Part shown: piece by piece, positions 9,680-21,502 of the stretch
Position numbering within the stretch: position 1 is the stretch's first letter
Layout of the letters: each line of letters opens with the position of its first letter
Source: Lepidodermella squamata
Taxonomy: Eukaryota; Animalia; Gastrotricha
Direction of reading: 5' to 3'
Length of the DNA stretch: 64,000 bases
Assembly: GCA_047495785.1 (NCBI GenBank)
Contig: JBLDXI010000025.1
Coordinates: forward strand, 310,001 to 374,000
Made by a program: the position numbers and the translations under genes
Notes under the pieces: generated by a model
Told to the model about the DNA's origin: nothing
The model's database searches: none
Seen by the model: the letters and a program-made list of their open reading frames with translations, nothing else

Positions 9680-12600
9680 ATGCTGAAATTCCTGATAAAA
9701 TCGTGCCTAGTACTATCCGCGTTGCTGTGCACGGTCGAAGCGGCCGGGTTGTGCCTGAAGCGGCCGGGCGAAGAAACGGTGACGTGGAACTACGACGCGC
9801 GGTCGGGCCGGTGTTACGCCGCCATCGAGTTCGCGACATCGTCCAATTTCAGCGACGCGAGGCGCGCGTGCTCCGGCTACAACGCCACGCTAGCAACCGT
9901 GCCGAACCTAGCAACGAACGTGTTCCTCATCAGCCCGCTGTTCCTGCCCAACCGGCGCAGTCCCAAGCTGCTCATGATCGGGCTGCGGTTTTCGAACGGC
10001 GAGGGCCGCTGGGACGACAACACGTACTACAGTCTCGATAGGTTCCAGTCGTTCTCAAACGCAACCCTGCAGCAGTCGAATAGGAACATCCCCGTCGAGC
10101 GGCTGATCGACGATTTGTGTACTATTATAATTTTCGACCAGACCACGCAGTCAGCGGCTGAGAACGGCAAATGGGGCCGGGTGGGGTGCTCGATGCCGCT
10201 GCCGAAGCCCGTCGCCATGTGCGCCCGCCTCGCCGACGAGAGCGACGTGTGTCCGCCGGGCACGCGCGTCGCCCGCATCGGCACGACGCGCCGCATCCGC
10301 TGCGAGTTGTGCCCGCTGAACACGTACCAGTCCAGCTTCAACCAGGACACGTGCAAAGACTGCCCTGGGCCGGCTATGCAGGGCTTCTTCATCGACACGC
10401 AACAGCCCGGCGCCACGTCGCAAATGCAGTGCTATCGGCCGGTAAATTTTATTTTTATCCATTACATAAATTTCTGGAAAATTTCAAATCAAGTTTTTTA
10501 AAAACAAATGCCGGAATTTTGGACAATTCGGCATTATAATTTCTGGAAAATCTGAACATTTTTATTTTATTTTAATTATATTCTATTTTTGGAATTTTTC
10601 ACAAAAAACCGTAGTTCGGGGTAATTGTGGACAAATCAAATTTGTAGGTGATTAGCTTTGAAAGGTCGAATGATAGAATTTATATAAAATTCCCCGTCTT
10701 TTCAGCTTTCGATTTGCAGCAATTCTGGATTTTTTTAAATATTATAACCAGTGCATGTGAGATCCCCGCACATCTTCCTATTACATTTTGGGACGCAATT
10801 TGACATGGGCGTTTCCATAGCGTTGCTCTCTCAGTTAGTGAAAGAAAAATGAAGATCCGACTTTGCAGGGCATTCGCCTCTTTCAGATGAAAATCGGGGA
10901 AAGTAAATTGGGACGCTGCGCTTCAATTTATTTGTTCTCAATGTTTTTCGAAACGAAGTTGATGCTCCATCGCGTATTCGTAATTTTTTCCAATTGAGAC
11001 TCAGGGGTTGAAATATAAGCTGAAATGTCGCTATGCCTTTCGGTATGCAAATGAGCATCGAAAAATGTTTTAAATGGCAAAAAATATCAGGTCAAATGTC
11101 CATATCGCAATGTCCTTTTGTCTTTTGCATTTTCATGTTGTTCACAATCAATTTGACTAGCGATGTTTGTCACGTGCCCAGTTTTTCTTCCTATTAACTT
11201 GTTTACTTTTTCATAGGTACGCAGCGTCTTCTTGATTTTTTTTCATTTTTTGCCTACTCATTCGCTGCTACAAAAACAGCAGAAGAAAGTGAATGGGCAT
11301 ACAAAACGTGGCTGACATCTGACATCACTGGTGAAATTGGTTTTAGACAAAAAATGCAAGATACAAAAGGTGTACAAATTGGGAATGACTTGACAAAATG
11401 TGTCTCAAATATCATAAATTTCTGAATTTAGACGGATCCTCGACCTTAGAATATTAGAAATACAAAATGCTACAAAATTTAAAATAATTTTCGCTTATTT
11501 TATTCTAGAATTTACATGGATTGTCTCAAATAAGCGTAAAATTGTATGTAAATTGGCTTTGTAAATTTCAAAAAGCCTGGAAATATAAATGAGATGAGGA
11601 ATTCTGCGAGTTTTGAAATTCAGAAATTTTCACCGTGGACTTGGAAAATCAGAATACCTTTCACCGGAAACAAATTTACGGTTAGCAGAACCTAATTTGC
11701 TGTAGCGCAACCAAATACTCGAAATATGTCAAAAGTGTCACTTTTCGAATAATTGAAGCAAAGCATGACATCAGAATTGAACACTACATATTTCACAGCA
11801 TTTTACGCATAATTCATTTAGAAATGTCCAAAAATTGATTTTAGGCCTATAAAAATTCGAAAATTAGGTTTCGATAAAAGGAGGACCCTTGGAAACTGTA
11901 GACTGCTCGGAAACAAATACCTGGCTAATTTTGAAACTAGGTTTGGCCCAATAAGGAAAAGAGTAAAATTTCAACTTGCAGACTCCAATTTTGAAAAACT
12001 AGGAATACCTATGTAATTTTTTTATTAATTTGTGTGTTAGCTTCCGAGTTTGATCGATTTCAACCCGAAGTACGGCATCTACGCGGGTGGGACGGTGATC
12101 CGCATCGAGGGCCACAACTTCTTCGTCGGCAACGACTTCCTGGTGCTGTTCAACAACCAGCCGGGCGAGCTGCTCGACTACTCGCCGAATTCGCTCATCA
12201 TCAAGGCGCCGCCGCTCAACTTCAGCGACCCGAACGTCGTCGCGCAGCCGAACTCGACGGACATCGTCGCGACGTTCCAGCTGCTGTTCAACAACGACAT
12301 CTTCATTGTCGAGTACTTCACGTACAAGGCAAACCCGGTCGTGTACGGCTACTCGCAGGGCGCGTTCATCGCCGGCGGCGGCCAGAACATCACGGTTTTC
12401 GGCGAAAATCTCGACGCTGCTCACGACATCACGCTTCTCGTCGAGGTGAGTCTCACTCTTCTTCTATATTGACTCTTGGAGACAGTCCAGGCTAAAAGAA
12501 CAGATTAATCAGAAAAGGAGTTGGCTAACATTTCGAAAATTCAAGAAAAAATTCGGAAGAATCGGACTCAGTTAAATGCCTAAACATTTGCTGAATTCAG

Positions 12601-15600
12601 GCTCCAGCAATTAAATTAGGATTCATCGTACTAAATTGTCTCGATTCTCGTTCTTCATCGATACTATTTTATCTTAGCTACCCGGTACCATCAGGTGTTT
12701 CAAATGTTGGATTCCAAGCCGCGGTTGATATCGGAAAAAATCACTGATTTGTAAAATCGATACTTGCAATTGATATCGGTTTCGCAGGCTAAATTATAAC
12801 TCTTAATTAAACTGACCACCTATAGCGTTTCAGGGCTTCAAATTGAGTGTTGGAACTTTGAATTCAGGGTGTCCACACACCCTTAACTATACCGAGAGTA
12901 CCAGAATGAATTTGTAATGAATATGAATGAAGTGGAAAATTCTCGAACACTCATGAGGAAAGAGACGAAACCATTCATGTTGAATAAAATAATCGGCGCT
13001 TCTAAAATAATGGTTTTCCCCTCAGAAATTAATAAAAAAGGGTTTCTATTTCTAACCTTAATTTTCCGGGATTTTTTGTTGGCGGTACCAACGTGTCATA
13101 GCCGAATAAAATTAGGGCAGATGGCTATAATAAGCGGGTTCCAGGTTCCAGGGTGATAAATGAGGCACGATCTCCAATTTTAATCACCTGAGGGTCTTGG
13201 AAAAATCATTAATTGCCAATCAGCTTTAAAATTTTTCAACAGAAATGAAAAAAATATGGGAAATACCGAAAATTTCCGAACCAGTGACCGTTGGATTTTT
13301 TCGCATTTTTCGTAGATGGGGAGAATTCGGAAATATTTAAAAAAAATCAATTTTCAGCAAGTCGAAAAGTAATTTAAAAGCTTTGCTTTTTTGTCGCTGC
13401 TTTTAGGTTTCGAACATGACTTCAGACTACGACACGTCAGAAACGGACCCGATGAGCACGACGGTGGACCCAGGCGGCGGCAGCAGCAGCAACGGCGACG
13501 AGACAGCGGTGGAATTCGCCGCCGCCTCGCCGCCGGCCGCCCCCGTCCAAAAAGTCATGATCCGCGCGTCGTGCTCGCCCATCAACAGCTCGACCATGGT
13601 GTGCCAGATGCCGGACCTGTACTCGCTGCTGCCCGGGCTGACGCGGCGCCAGGTAAGCGGCGCCAACCAGCTGCCAGCGGCCGGCGGCGGCACCACCGAC
13701 CCGCCCGGGCAAGGCAAATACCCGTTCGGACCGGGCGGGCGGAACCCGGTGCTGCCGCAACCGCGCGGCGGCGGCATCTCCGCCATCGACCCGGTCAACA
13801 ACGTGCTGAAGCGGCAGCGGGGCGGCGGGGCCGCGGCGGAGCGGTCGCGCGACTCGTGTGCGCCCGCCCTGGGCGGCGGTGGCGGCGCGGGGGGCGACGA
13901 CAGTCCGTGGCGCACGTCGTTTTCGTTCGCCTTCGACCAGTCGTACCAGACGAAGCCGGAGTCGCCGGGCAGCGGCGATGTCGTCATTTACGATGACCCA
14001 GTTTTCGACAAGTGGCCGGCCGAGAAAATTCTGCCGCCCGAGTCGGAGGGCGCCGGCACCCAGCTAGGTATGTTTGCGCTTTGATACAAATATTTGTGAT
14101 TGAAATATTTGAAAAAAAAATTAAATTACTCGGTGCAAAATTTACTCGGAAAATGTAAATTTATTGAAGTGTAGATGAGAACAAAATCCGCACTCATTTT
14201 CTAAGGCTTAAAAGAAAATCTTGCCCTTGTATCGAGGTTGGGTCTCGAGCTCTGGAATATTATATTTTTTCGAGTTTCACGTCTATTTTTGAATTTTTAT
14301 CGTTTCTTACCGATCAGTCTCATGATTTGCAGCATCGGCCTGAGCTCACTTCAATTTCAGGTCGATTTCGATTAAAACAGCAAAAGGAAAATTGCATATC
14401 CTATGGCTCTAAACATGAAGCCAGCTAAAACATGAAGAATCCCTGGATCATTAGCCTACTCCAAAAAAACGTTTCGACAATTTTCGAAGAACGTTGAAAG
14501 CGATCATATTAATTCGGTTATTCTAGGCTTTTGCCCAGTTTACGCTTTAAACGTGAAATTATTGGAAACATTTCTGCATCTTTTCATTCTAACGATTTCT
14601 AATTTTGTTGTATTTCTCTTATGTCGCAGCGATCGAAGGCCGCGGGCTGTTGTGCGGCGTGACGGAGGCGGACTACCGCGTGACACTCGGCCAGCAGGCG
14701 TGCCCCATCGCCGCCGTCAACATGACGACGCTGCTGTGCACGCCGCCGCTGCTGGGCGCCGGCGTGCGGTCGGCGCAGCATGCGGCCGTGTACGTGCGCG
14801 TCGGCTCCAAGGCGCCGTTCAACGTCGGCAAGGTCCTGCTCACCATCGAAAAAACAACCACGGCCGCGACTACGCCATCGACTCCACAGGTGAGTATAGT
14901 GCATAAGTCTCAGAATTACGGCGCAAATAATACGTAAACAGCCGAGAATATGTCCAGGAAAAAATCTGTCTCAGCGTGACGGGGTTCTGTTAAAAAAGCG
15001 CACGTCCCCGCCTTTATAGGCCAAATCCATGCGACACCAAATTGTACTGCAGAATAGTCACGAAAGCCCTCCACAGGGAGAAGGAACGAAATAACGCATA
15101 AAATCATTAAAAATCATAAAAGATTCATGAGATCACTACCTCTTAACAGTAATAATTGGTAATATAAGCATGTCAGCAGAGCCGTTTAGCGCAACAGTTT
15201 TTCAGAAATATATTTTTGAGTACCTGACGGCGAGCCGTGGTTTCACTTTAAAAACAAACGTATGCCGTATAGAAAGAATTCGATCTCGCTATAATTTATG
15301 CGTACTTATATTTCGTAAAAACATAAAACGAGAAACGAGAATTCCTTTGCATAAGTTTCTTTAGGAACAATCTAGTATCTAGTTTTTAAAGTGAACTGCC
15401 TTGTTTTCAGCTAACCCAAAGCTATAAAAGCTATGAAATCTAAAGTTCAGGACTTTTTTTTAAATATCAACTTGCGCGTCACGTGTTGCATTCAAGCGTT
15501 CAGAGAAATTCACAAATTTCATTATTTCAAGATGATTTTAAAGCTTTTCGGTTATTTTGGCATTTCTATTTTCCTTTCTACTTTAACACTTGAATGCTCT

Positions 15601-18600
15601 AGTTCAAGAAAATCGAACATTTGTAACTCTTGAAATCAAGCTTCAGTCTTCAGTACAAAGCCAAATTCGATTTCGATTCAGGGCTTACAACTTTTTTCAA
15701 TCTCCCTGCTATGCGGATCAAATATGTAGTCGGTGGATTTTAATTTCAATTTTTCCGAATTTTTGAATTTCGAAAATTAACACTGAACTGGTCGAGCCTA
15801 ATCGGTTCAAACTGAGAATGCATTTTATGCACACTTTAATATCCTATTTTTGCTTCGTTGCAGACGGTTGAGACGACGACGCCGAAAGCGACTGCGAAAA
15901 CGTCGCGGACAACGCGATCGACGACGGTGCGCACGACAACGACCGCGCCGGCGACACCTGCGACGGTGCCGGCGATGACGCGGATGACGCGGCCGGTGCG
16001 GCCGACGGACAGCCCGCTGAACAGCACGCAGCCGGCCTCGAACACGACGACTTCGACCATCCAGGTAAGCAACTGCTGCGAGATTATCCCCACTCACTAT
16101 GCCAAATAGCATCCCTGGAGTGAAGTCACAGTGCACTGTAAATTATGTATATATTAGGTATTTGATGAGGTGGAGGCGGAGGCGGCGAGTGGGGAGACGT
16201 TAGACCCAGATGACCTTTTCATCAACCCGGTCAAGCTTAACGAAATGATTTGCCAGCTCGAACTCGAAACCAATCCTAATAAAACTGATAGCGCAGCGAC
16301 ACCCAGTGATTACGCATAATAGAAGCCGAATATTATATTTTTCACCAAATTTTATTACTTACTCTGACTTAATAACTACTGTAATTCTCTCTCTACTGCT
16401 GGTGAATCATTTCGAATCAATAAAAACCGGTTCTTACAATTTCATGCGTCCTTTCATTTTATTTTTATCACCGATATTGGGAATCGATAATCGATATAAA
16501 AATCGAAATATTCTTTTTAATTATTTCATATTTAAATATTTTTGAATTTTGAAATAATTTGAGTTTTTTTTAAATTTCACTTTTTCGCAACTTAATTCCT
16601 GGAAATTTTCAGACAACTGCCCGAACCACGCCGCTGATCATCCCGCTGGTTACGCAGCCGACCCCGCCAGCCGCCACAACGCCGCCGCTGTCAAACGTTA
16701 CAAACCAAAACTTCGGCGTCAATCAGTTCCCTGATACCGCCAACAACCGGCAATACCTGCTGATCGGTGTTGCAGTTGGCGTCGGCATCGCCGTGCTCCT
16801 CATTGTGGCGACTATTGTCACGGTTTGCTTAGTGCTGAGGCGCCGCGAGGCTCTTGCGAAGGCTGGCCTAAGTTCCCGCCCGACGGCTCCAGCAGCCGTG
16901 GCCACATCATCAACCCTACCAGCTCAGGTAAGGTCGAAATTAAATTTTGGTAACTCCCTCGAAACTTTGACTCAGGCTTCAAATATCTGAAAATCGCCAC
17001 ATTAAAGATTGCCCCATGTCCCATTTAGCCTGTAAGCCAGAATATTTTACTTTGCTGCTTTGATTGCTCTGTATAGGTCCTGATGGCACCTGCCCCACCT
17101 GTGATTCAGCAAGCTCAAACTGCCCCGCCAATCGGTTTCGCTGCAGCCAACATGCGGCGCAGCTTGGTGCCACGGCAGAGCGAACGCGGGTCGATTTACA
17201 ACGAAGGCCTCAGCCAACACGGCTCGATGGAGGTCCACGAAGGCCTGATTACTTTAAACGTACACGCAGATCCAACAGCGGCTCATCATCCTGAGGCGGA
17301 TGCGTTCACGTTTGAAGCCCGGCAAATCATCGAGGAATTGCCAGAGTCTATTCAGGTGAATATCTCCAGTCCGAAATGATTCACGCGTGTCTCAAAAATT
17401 GGTCTTGTGCATATGCAAATGAGGCTGTGAATATGCTAATTTTGACGAGGCTGCATATTTTTACTCAATTAGCATGTAGCCGTGGAATATGATAATTAGG
17501 TCGAGGGCAGCTAAACTTTTCCAACTCATTTGCATATGCACACTTTTTCCTTAAAAAGCTCATTTGCATATTCACCAATTATTGCTGATTCTGCAAAATG
17601 AGCACTTGTTGTTCGAATAATGAAAATTGCAGCGCCTAATCAGCACGTTATTCATGCACATTTTAGCAAATGCTAATTATTCATAGATTTGAATTATGAA
17701 TATTCCGTTGTTTTTCAGTTTTGAGATGTTTTTATTCAATTTAACCCCGTTATGCACTTGCAAATTACAGCAGCTCATTTTTAATGCCCAACGTTTTTCA
17801 GGTGAAGTTGGCTCCGTTATTGGTGCCATTGGGTCGCATCAAAGTGGCGCAGACGTTCTTGCGCGGCCATTTCGGTGAGCTTGCACTCGGCTACTGGGCG
17901 CCCTCGCTGGACCGCGCGTCCGAAGATCCTCAGCCGGTACTCGTCAAATCGCTCAATCGCTTCATGCAACGCAGTACCGTGGTGAGGAAATTCCTAGAGG
18001 ACGCTTTGCTACTGGCGCGGTGCAATGAAAACGTGAATTGCCTAGCGCCAGTGGGTGTTGCATTCCGCCGAGCCCGGCCACTAGTCCTATACCCACATGT
18101 TGATGGTGTCAATCTTAAAATCTATCTCAACGATGAAAATGTAAGTTGAACTTTCAGAACTGGTTCATTAATGAAAGAGGGTTTCATCATAGGAGTCGAT
18201 TCTCGTACGGCACATGGTCGACCTAGCGTCCCAAGTTGCCTCAGCTATGGTCTACCTGAGTGAGACGAGAAACATCGTGCATAAAGATATAGCTGCTCGA
18301 AATTGCATGTAAGTATCAGGCGTAAATGAATCTTAAATCATGACTTTTGTTGATTGTTCTCAGATTGTCCCCAGATAACAATTATCTGCTCAAGGTGACA
18401 GATAACGCCCTGGTTTCGGACATGCACGGTCTCGACTACGAATTCGTGGACGAAGCTCACGAATTCCTGCCCGTTCGCTGGGCGGCTCCCGAAACCCTCC
18501 TCCGCCTTGAATACTCAGTCAAAACTGATGTCGTAAGTCATTAACAAACTGCTAATATATAAAAGAGCGAATTGATTTTGAGTATCATGAAGCTTTGAAA

Positions 18601-19307
18601 TATCTAAGGAAATTATCGAATTTGATCAAGATAATAATTTGATTTTTTTTCTTTTAGTGGTCATTCGGTGTGTTGGTATGGGAGATTTTCACCCGCGGCT
18701 CTAAGCCGTTCGCAGACATTCACAGCGTCGACGTGGTCGCTGAACTGCGCGAGCGGTTACAGCACCTGCTTCAGCGCGATTCCGGCGGCGAGGAGCAGCC
18801 ACCTGTGCTTGGCAAGCCGCAAGCGATGCCGGCTGAAATCTACGACGTTGTCAATGCGTAAGTTGAATAAGCTATCACGTATCCCATCATGCTCAGCACA
18901 CGTCCCAACTGAGACGAATTGACGATGAAATTATTCCCATGGACTTTTCCCATTCGTATGAATTAGCCTAAGCTGCGCCAGGCAGAGGTCCTCATCGCGA
19001 TGCTCTAGAGGTTCAGGATTCCCCGAATTAGTTGTATCTGGGTTCAATCTCAGTCACTAGTACAAGCCATTTTCAGCCTGATTCAAGAATGAAAAAACCT
19101 TGGAAATTGACCACGCTTAGCTCTCCAATCCGAACCCGAATGGTCAATATTGCGAAAAATCCCTGTTTTTACAGATGCTGCCAGGCGCGGCCTCGGGCGA
19201 GACCTAATTTCGGGTGGCTTAACGACCGGCTGACGTCGCTGCTAGACGAAAACGAAACAAGGCCGGAGTACAACAGGGCTGTGCTTGCGCCAGATGCAAC
19301 GCGGTAG
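9680..19307 (+). CDS. Single-pass receptor tyrosine pseudokinase (RYK-type kinase domain) with C-type lectin, ephrin-receptor-like Cys repeat, about 3 IPT/TIG domains and a Thr-rich stalk; about 1279 aa
   Basis: 12 phase-compatible GT-AG exons: 9680-10441, 12041-12445, 13407-14067, 14630-14889, 15864-16064, 16613-16927, 17077-17355, 17802-18140, 18193-18308, 18364-18532, 18658-18857, 19175-19307 (3840 nt, no stops). CTLD: RCY..FS.AR..C...ATLA..IGL..W..C. Cys repeat: CELCPLNTYQSSFNQDTCKDCP. IPT: P..G...GGT.IRIEG.NF. TM: LLIGVAVGVGIAVLLIVATIVTVCLVL-RRR. Kinase: RGHFG, VLVK, HKDIAARNC, DNAL, PVRWAAPE, DVWSFGV. Confidence 0.88.
11114..11370. repeat. Degenerate inverted repeat (MITE-like) in intron 1 of the receptor gene
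   Basis: ccttttgt..ttgcatttt..caatttgactagcgatgt..tgccca..ttcttc is mirrored by gaagaa..tgggca..acatcactggtgaaattg..aaaatgcaa..acaaaagg. Confidence 0.5.
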
Positions 19308-20191
19308 CCAGCAGCGCTCTACTCCTGCTCCTGCTCTTCTACAATCGCTGTCCTACAACATATGCTATCTTTCAAAAAGTTATTTATTTCACTTCTACAC
19401 GCCGGATCACTATTTTATATCATCGAACAAACAGGGCCTTATATCAACATGACAGTGAAATACTCTTGTATTAGCGTATATTTTATGTGTTTTACTATTG
19501 TTATTTCCTTCTTGCCGACATTCGATTTCACAAGGCTGAGCTCAATCCTTTTGTTTGATCCATATTACAAATAGTATGCATGGCATGTCTATATTTCACG
19601 AAGTATTATTTTATCTCCTTTTTAGTCACGCCGATCAGAAATCGGTTCTCGCACTTCAGTTGTGCCTTCAAAAGAGCGATTCAATGAGAATAAAATGAAA
19701 TACTTTCTTCGCCTTTTCTTATTCGCGGGCTTGTATCTTCGCTAGAACACGTTTGAGATGAATGCATAGAGCAAACGCTAGTGTAAATAAACTGCCGGCT
19801 AAATTTCTTTGTAAACTTCAAGTTTGAACACCTGTCAGACCGCTAGGGTCTAATGAAGAAAAATGAAATGATTCATGCCATCGAAAATGCGTCTTGGAAA
19901 AATTAGGCACAATTCGCAAATTCACAAACGACTTTTATGCCAAAGTATGCAGAAAATAACACGCCTTCACTGTCGAATCTATTCACCTATGAGCGTGAAG
20001 TCCAAAAGGTGGTTGCTGTATCGAATGTCACTTTGGCAGTTTGCAGCAATTTTTCTAGCTTTCAAGCTGCTCACATAAGATGGCGCTTTTAGTTTTTCAT
20101 CGGAAATAGGAAGACGAGAAAATTGCTTGCAGATAATATTTATTTAGCATTCAAATATCATCGGTATTAGATAATTAAATCCTGACCCATA

Positions 20192-20201
20192 CCTCTCTCT
20201 C

Positions 20202-20234
<33 letters not shown>
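20192..20234. repeat. (CT)n microsatellite
   Basis: About 21 CT units with one interruption. Confidence 0.95.
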
Positions 20235-20347
20235 ATTAGATCCTCACGCTGAGGAATCGAACAGCCCAAGCAAAATCTAACATTAAGATCACACTATCTG
20301 TCACCAATATTCTTCCTCGTCTTTTCTTGAAGCTGCAGCTTCGCTCA

Positions 20348-20747
20348 CTAGAACTTGAAAAGGCTGCTAGTAGCAGCACTCTTGGTGTCTTTGGCTTTGC
20401 TTTTGCTGCCGAGGCCGATAGCGCCATTGACAATGCTGCTGACTGAGCGGCTCTGCTCCCTAGACTTGAAGATTCCGTTGAACAACCCAGAGCTCTTCTT
20501 TGGAGTGGTCGTTTTGAAAATGTCGGCAGCAGGCTTTCCATTTTGCGATTTGGTGTCTTTTTGTCTGCTGTTGCTGCCGAGGCCGATGGCACCATTGGCA
20601 ATTTTGTTGGCTGATGATGAGCGGCTCTGCTCTGATGGTTCATCACAAAGCACGATGCCGACCTAATAATCAAACAATAGCGAAAGTTATCTATTATCCG
20701 CGGCGGCGATAACTTACAAAAAGTGCGACAACCACGTAGCGCAGCAT
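20348..20747 (-). CDS. Small secreted Ser/Lys-rich protein (114 aa) with two internal repeats; possible peptide precursor
   Basis: Exon 1 20747-20718 (MLRYVVVALF), GTAAGT...TTAG intron, exon 2 20662-20348 (VGIVLCDEPSEQSR...). The splice completes a signal peptide. The motif EQSRS..S..I.NGAIGLGS.S..KDTKS occurs twice. Confidence 0.7.
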
Positions 20748-21502
20748 TGTGAACCTGGAAGATTAGTTTTTGCTGAAAAATTGATGACAAATGAAAGAGT
20801 GAGTAAAAAATTTGAGCTAAGCAGCCTTTTTTATAAGCCTTTCCAGGTACCAACTGGGTGAGCTAAGACAGCAGCCAGCAGCAAGGCAAATACACGTCCG
20901 ATCAAATGTTTTTATGTTGTCGTCATCAAGTTTATCAAGACAATACAATTGCGAATACCTCTAACAGCTGGTCGCCATTGCTCGCGGTAACGCATGATAA
21001 GCTGCAGGAAGCTGTGGACGATTCGGAAAGAACTGCTAACCTTGATGGCAATGCGCGCAGAATGGTGCTGGGGCCCGAGTGCATCAGGTTTAGTCGCGAT
21101 CTAAATGGCAGCGTACGGATGTCTATGGATCTCCAGCCTGGTATGCTGTCACTCCGCCGTTTCAACTCCCAAGTTCGTGGGATAAGAGCCGCGCTGGATT
21201 TAACTCTAGAATGTGGCCCTTGTGTCACGTCACGGATCTGTGACTAAGGCGACGAAAAACCTAACGTCATTCTACTAGCATCAAGCATCAAGGGCTAGAG
21301 AAATTCCTAATTCCTTTTCTGACGGACTAAAAAGGCTTTCTTTGTTATTTTGGCTTACGAGCGCGAACAATACCCAAGTAACCGATAAACAGTTTCATAA
21401 ACGATGATTTTACTTGCCGCCAATTGATTACTAATGTCAGCGCATGATATTAGTCATTTGTTCACAGTTTAAAACATATTAAAATCAACTTTATACGAAT
21501 AA

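Noticed and set aside
9703-14904. Many overlapping Arg/Ala-rich ORFs on both strands
   Set aside because: Shadow ORFs caused by the very GC-rich codon usage of the receptor exons.
20236-20853. 205-aa minus-strand ORF
   Set aside because: Alternative frame of the small secreted gene; it reads through a clear GTAAGT...AG intron and lacks a sensible N-terminus.
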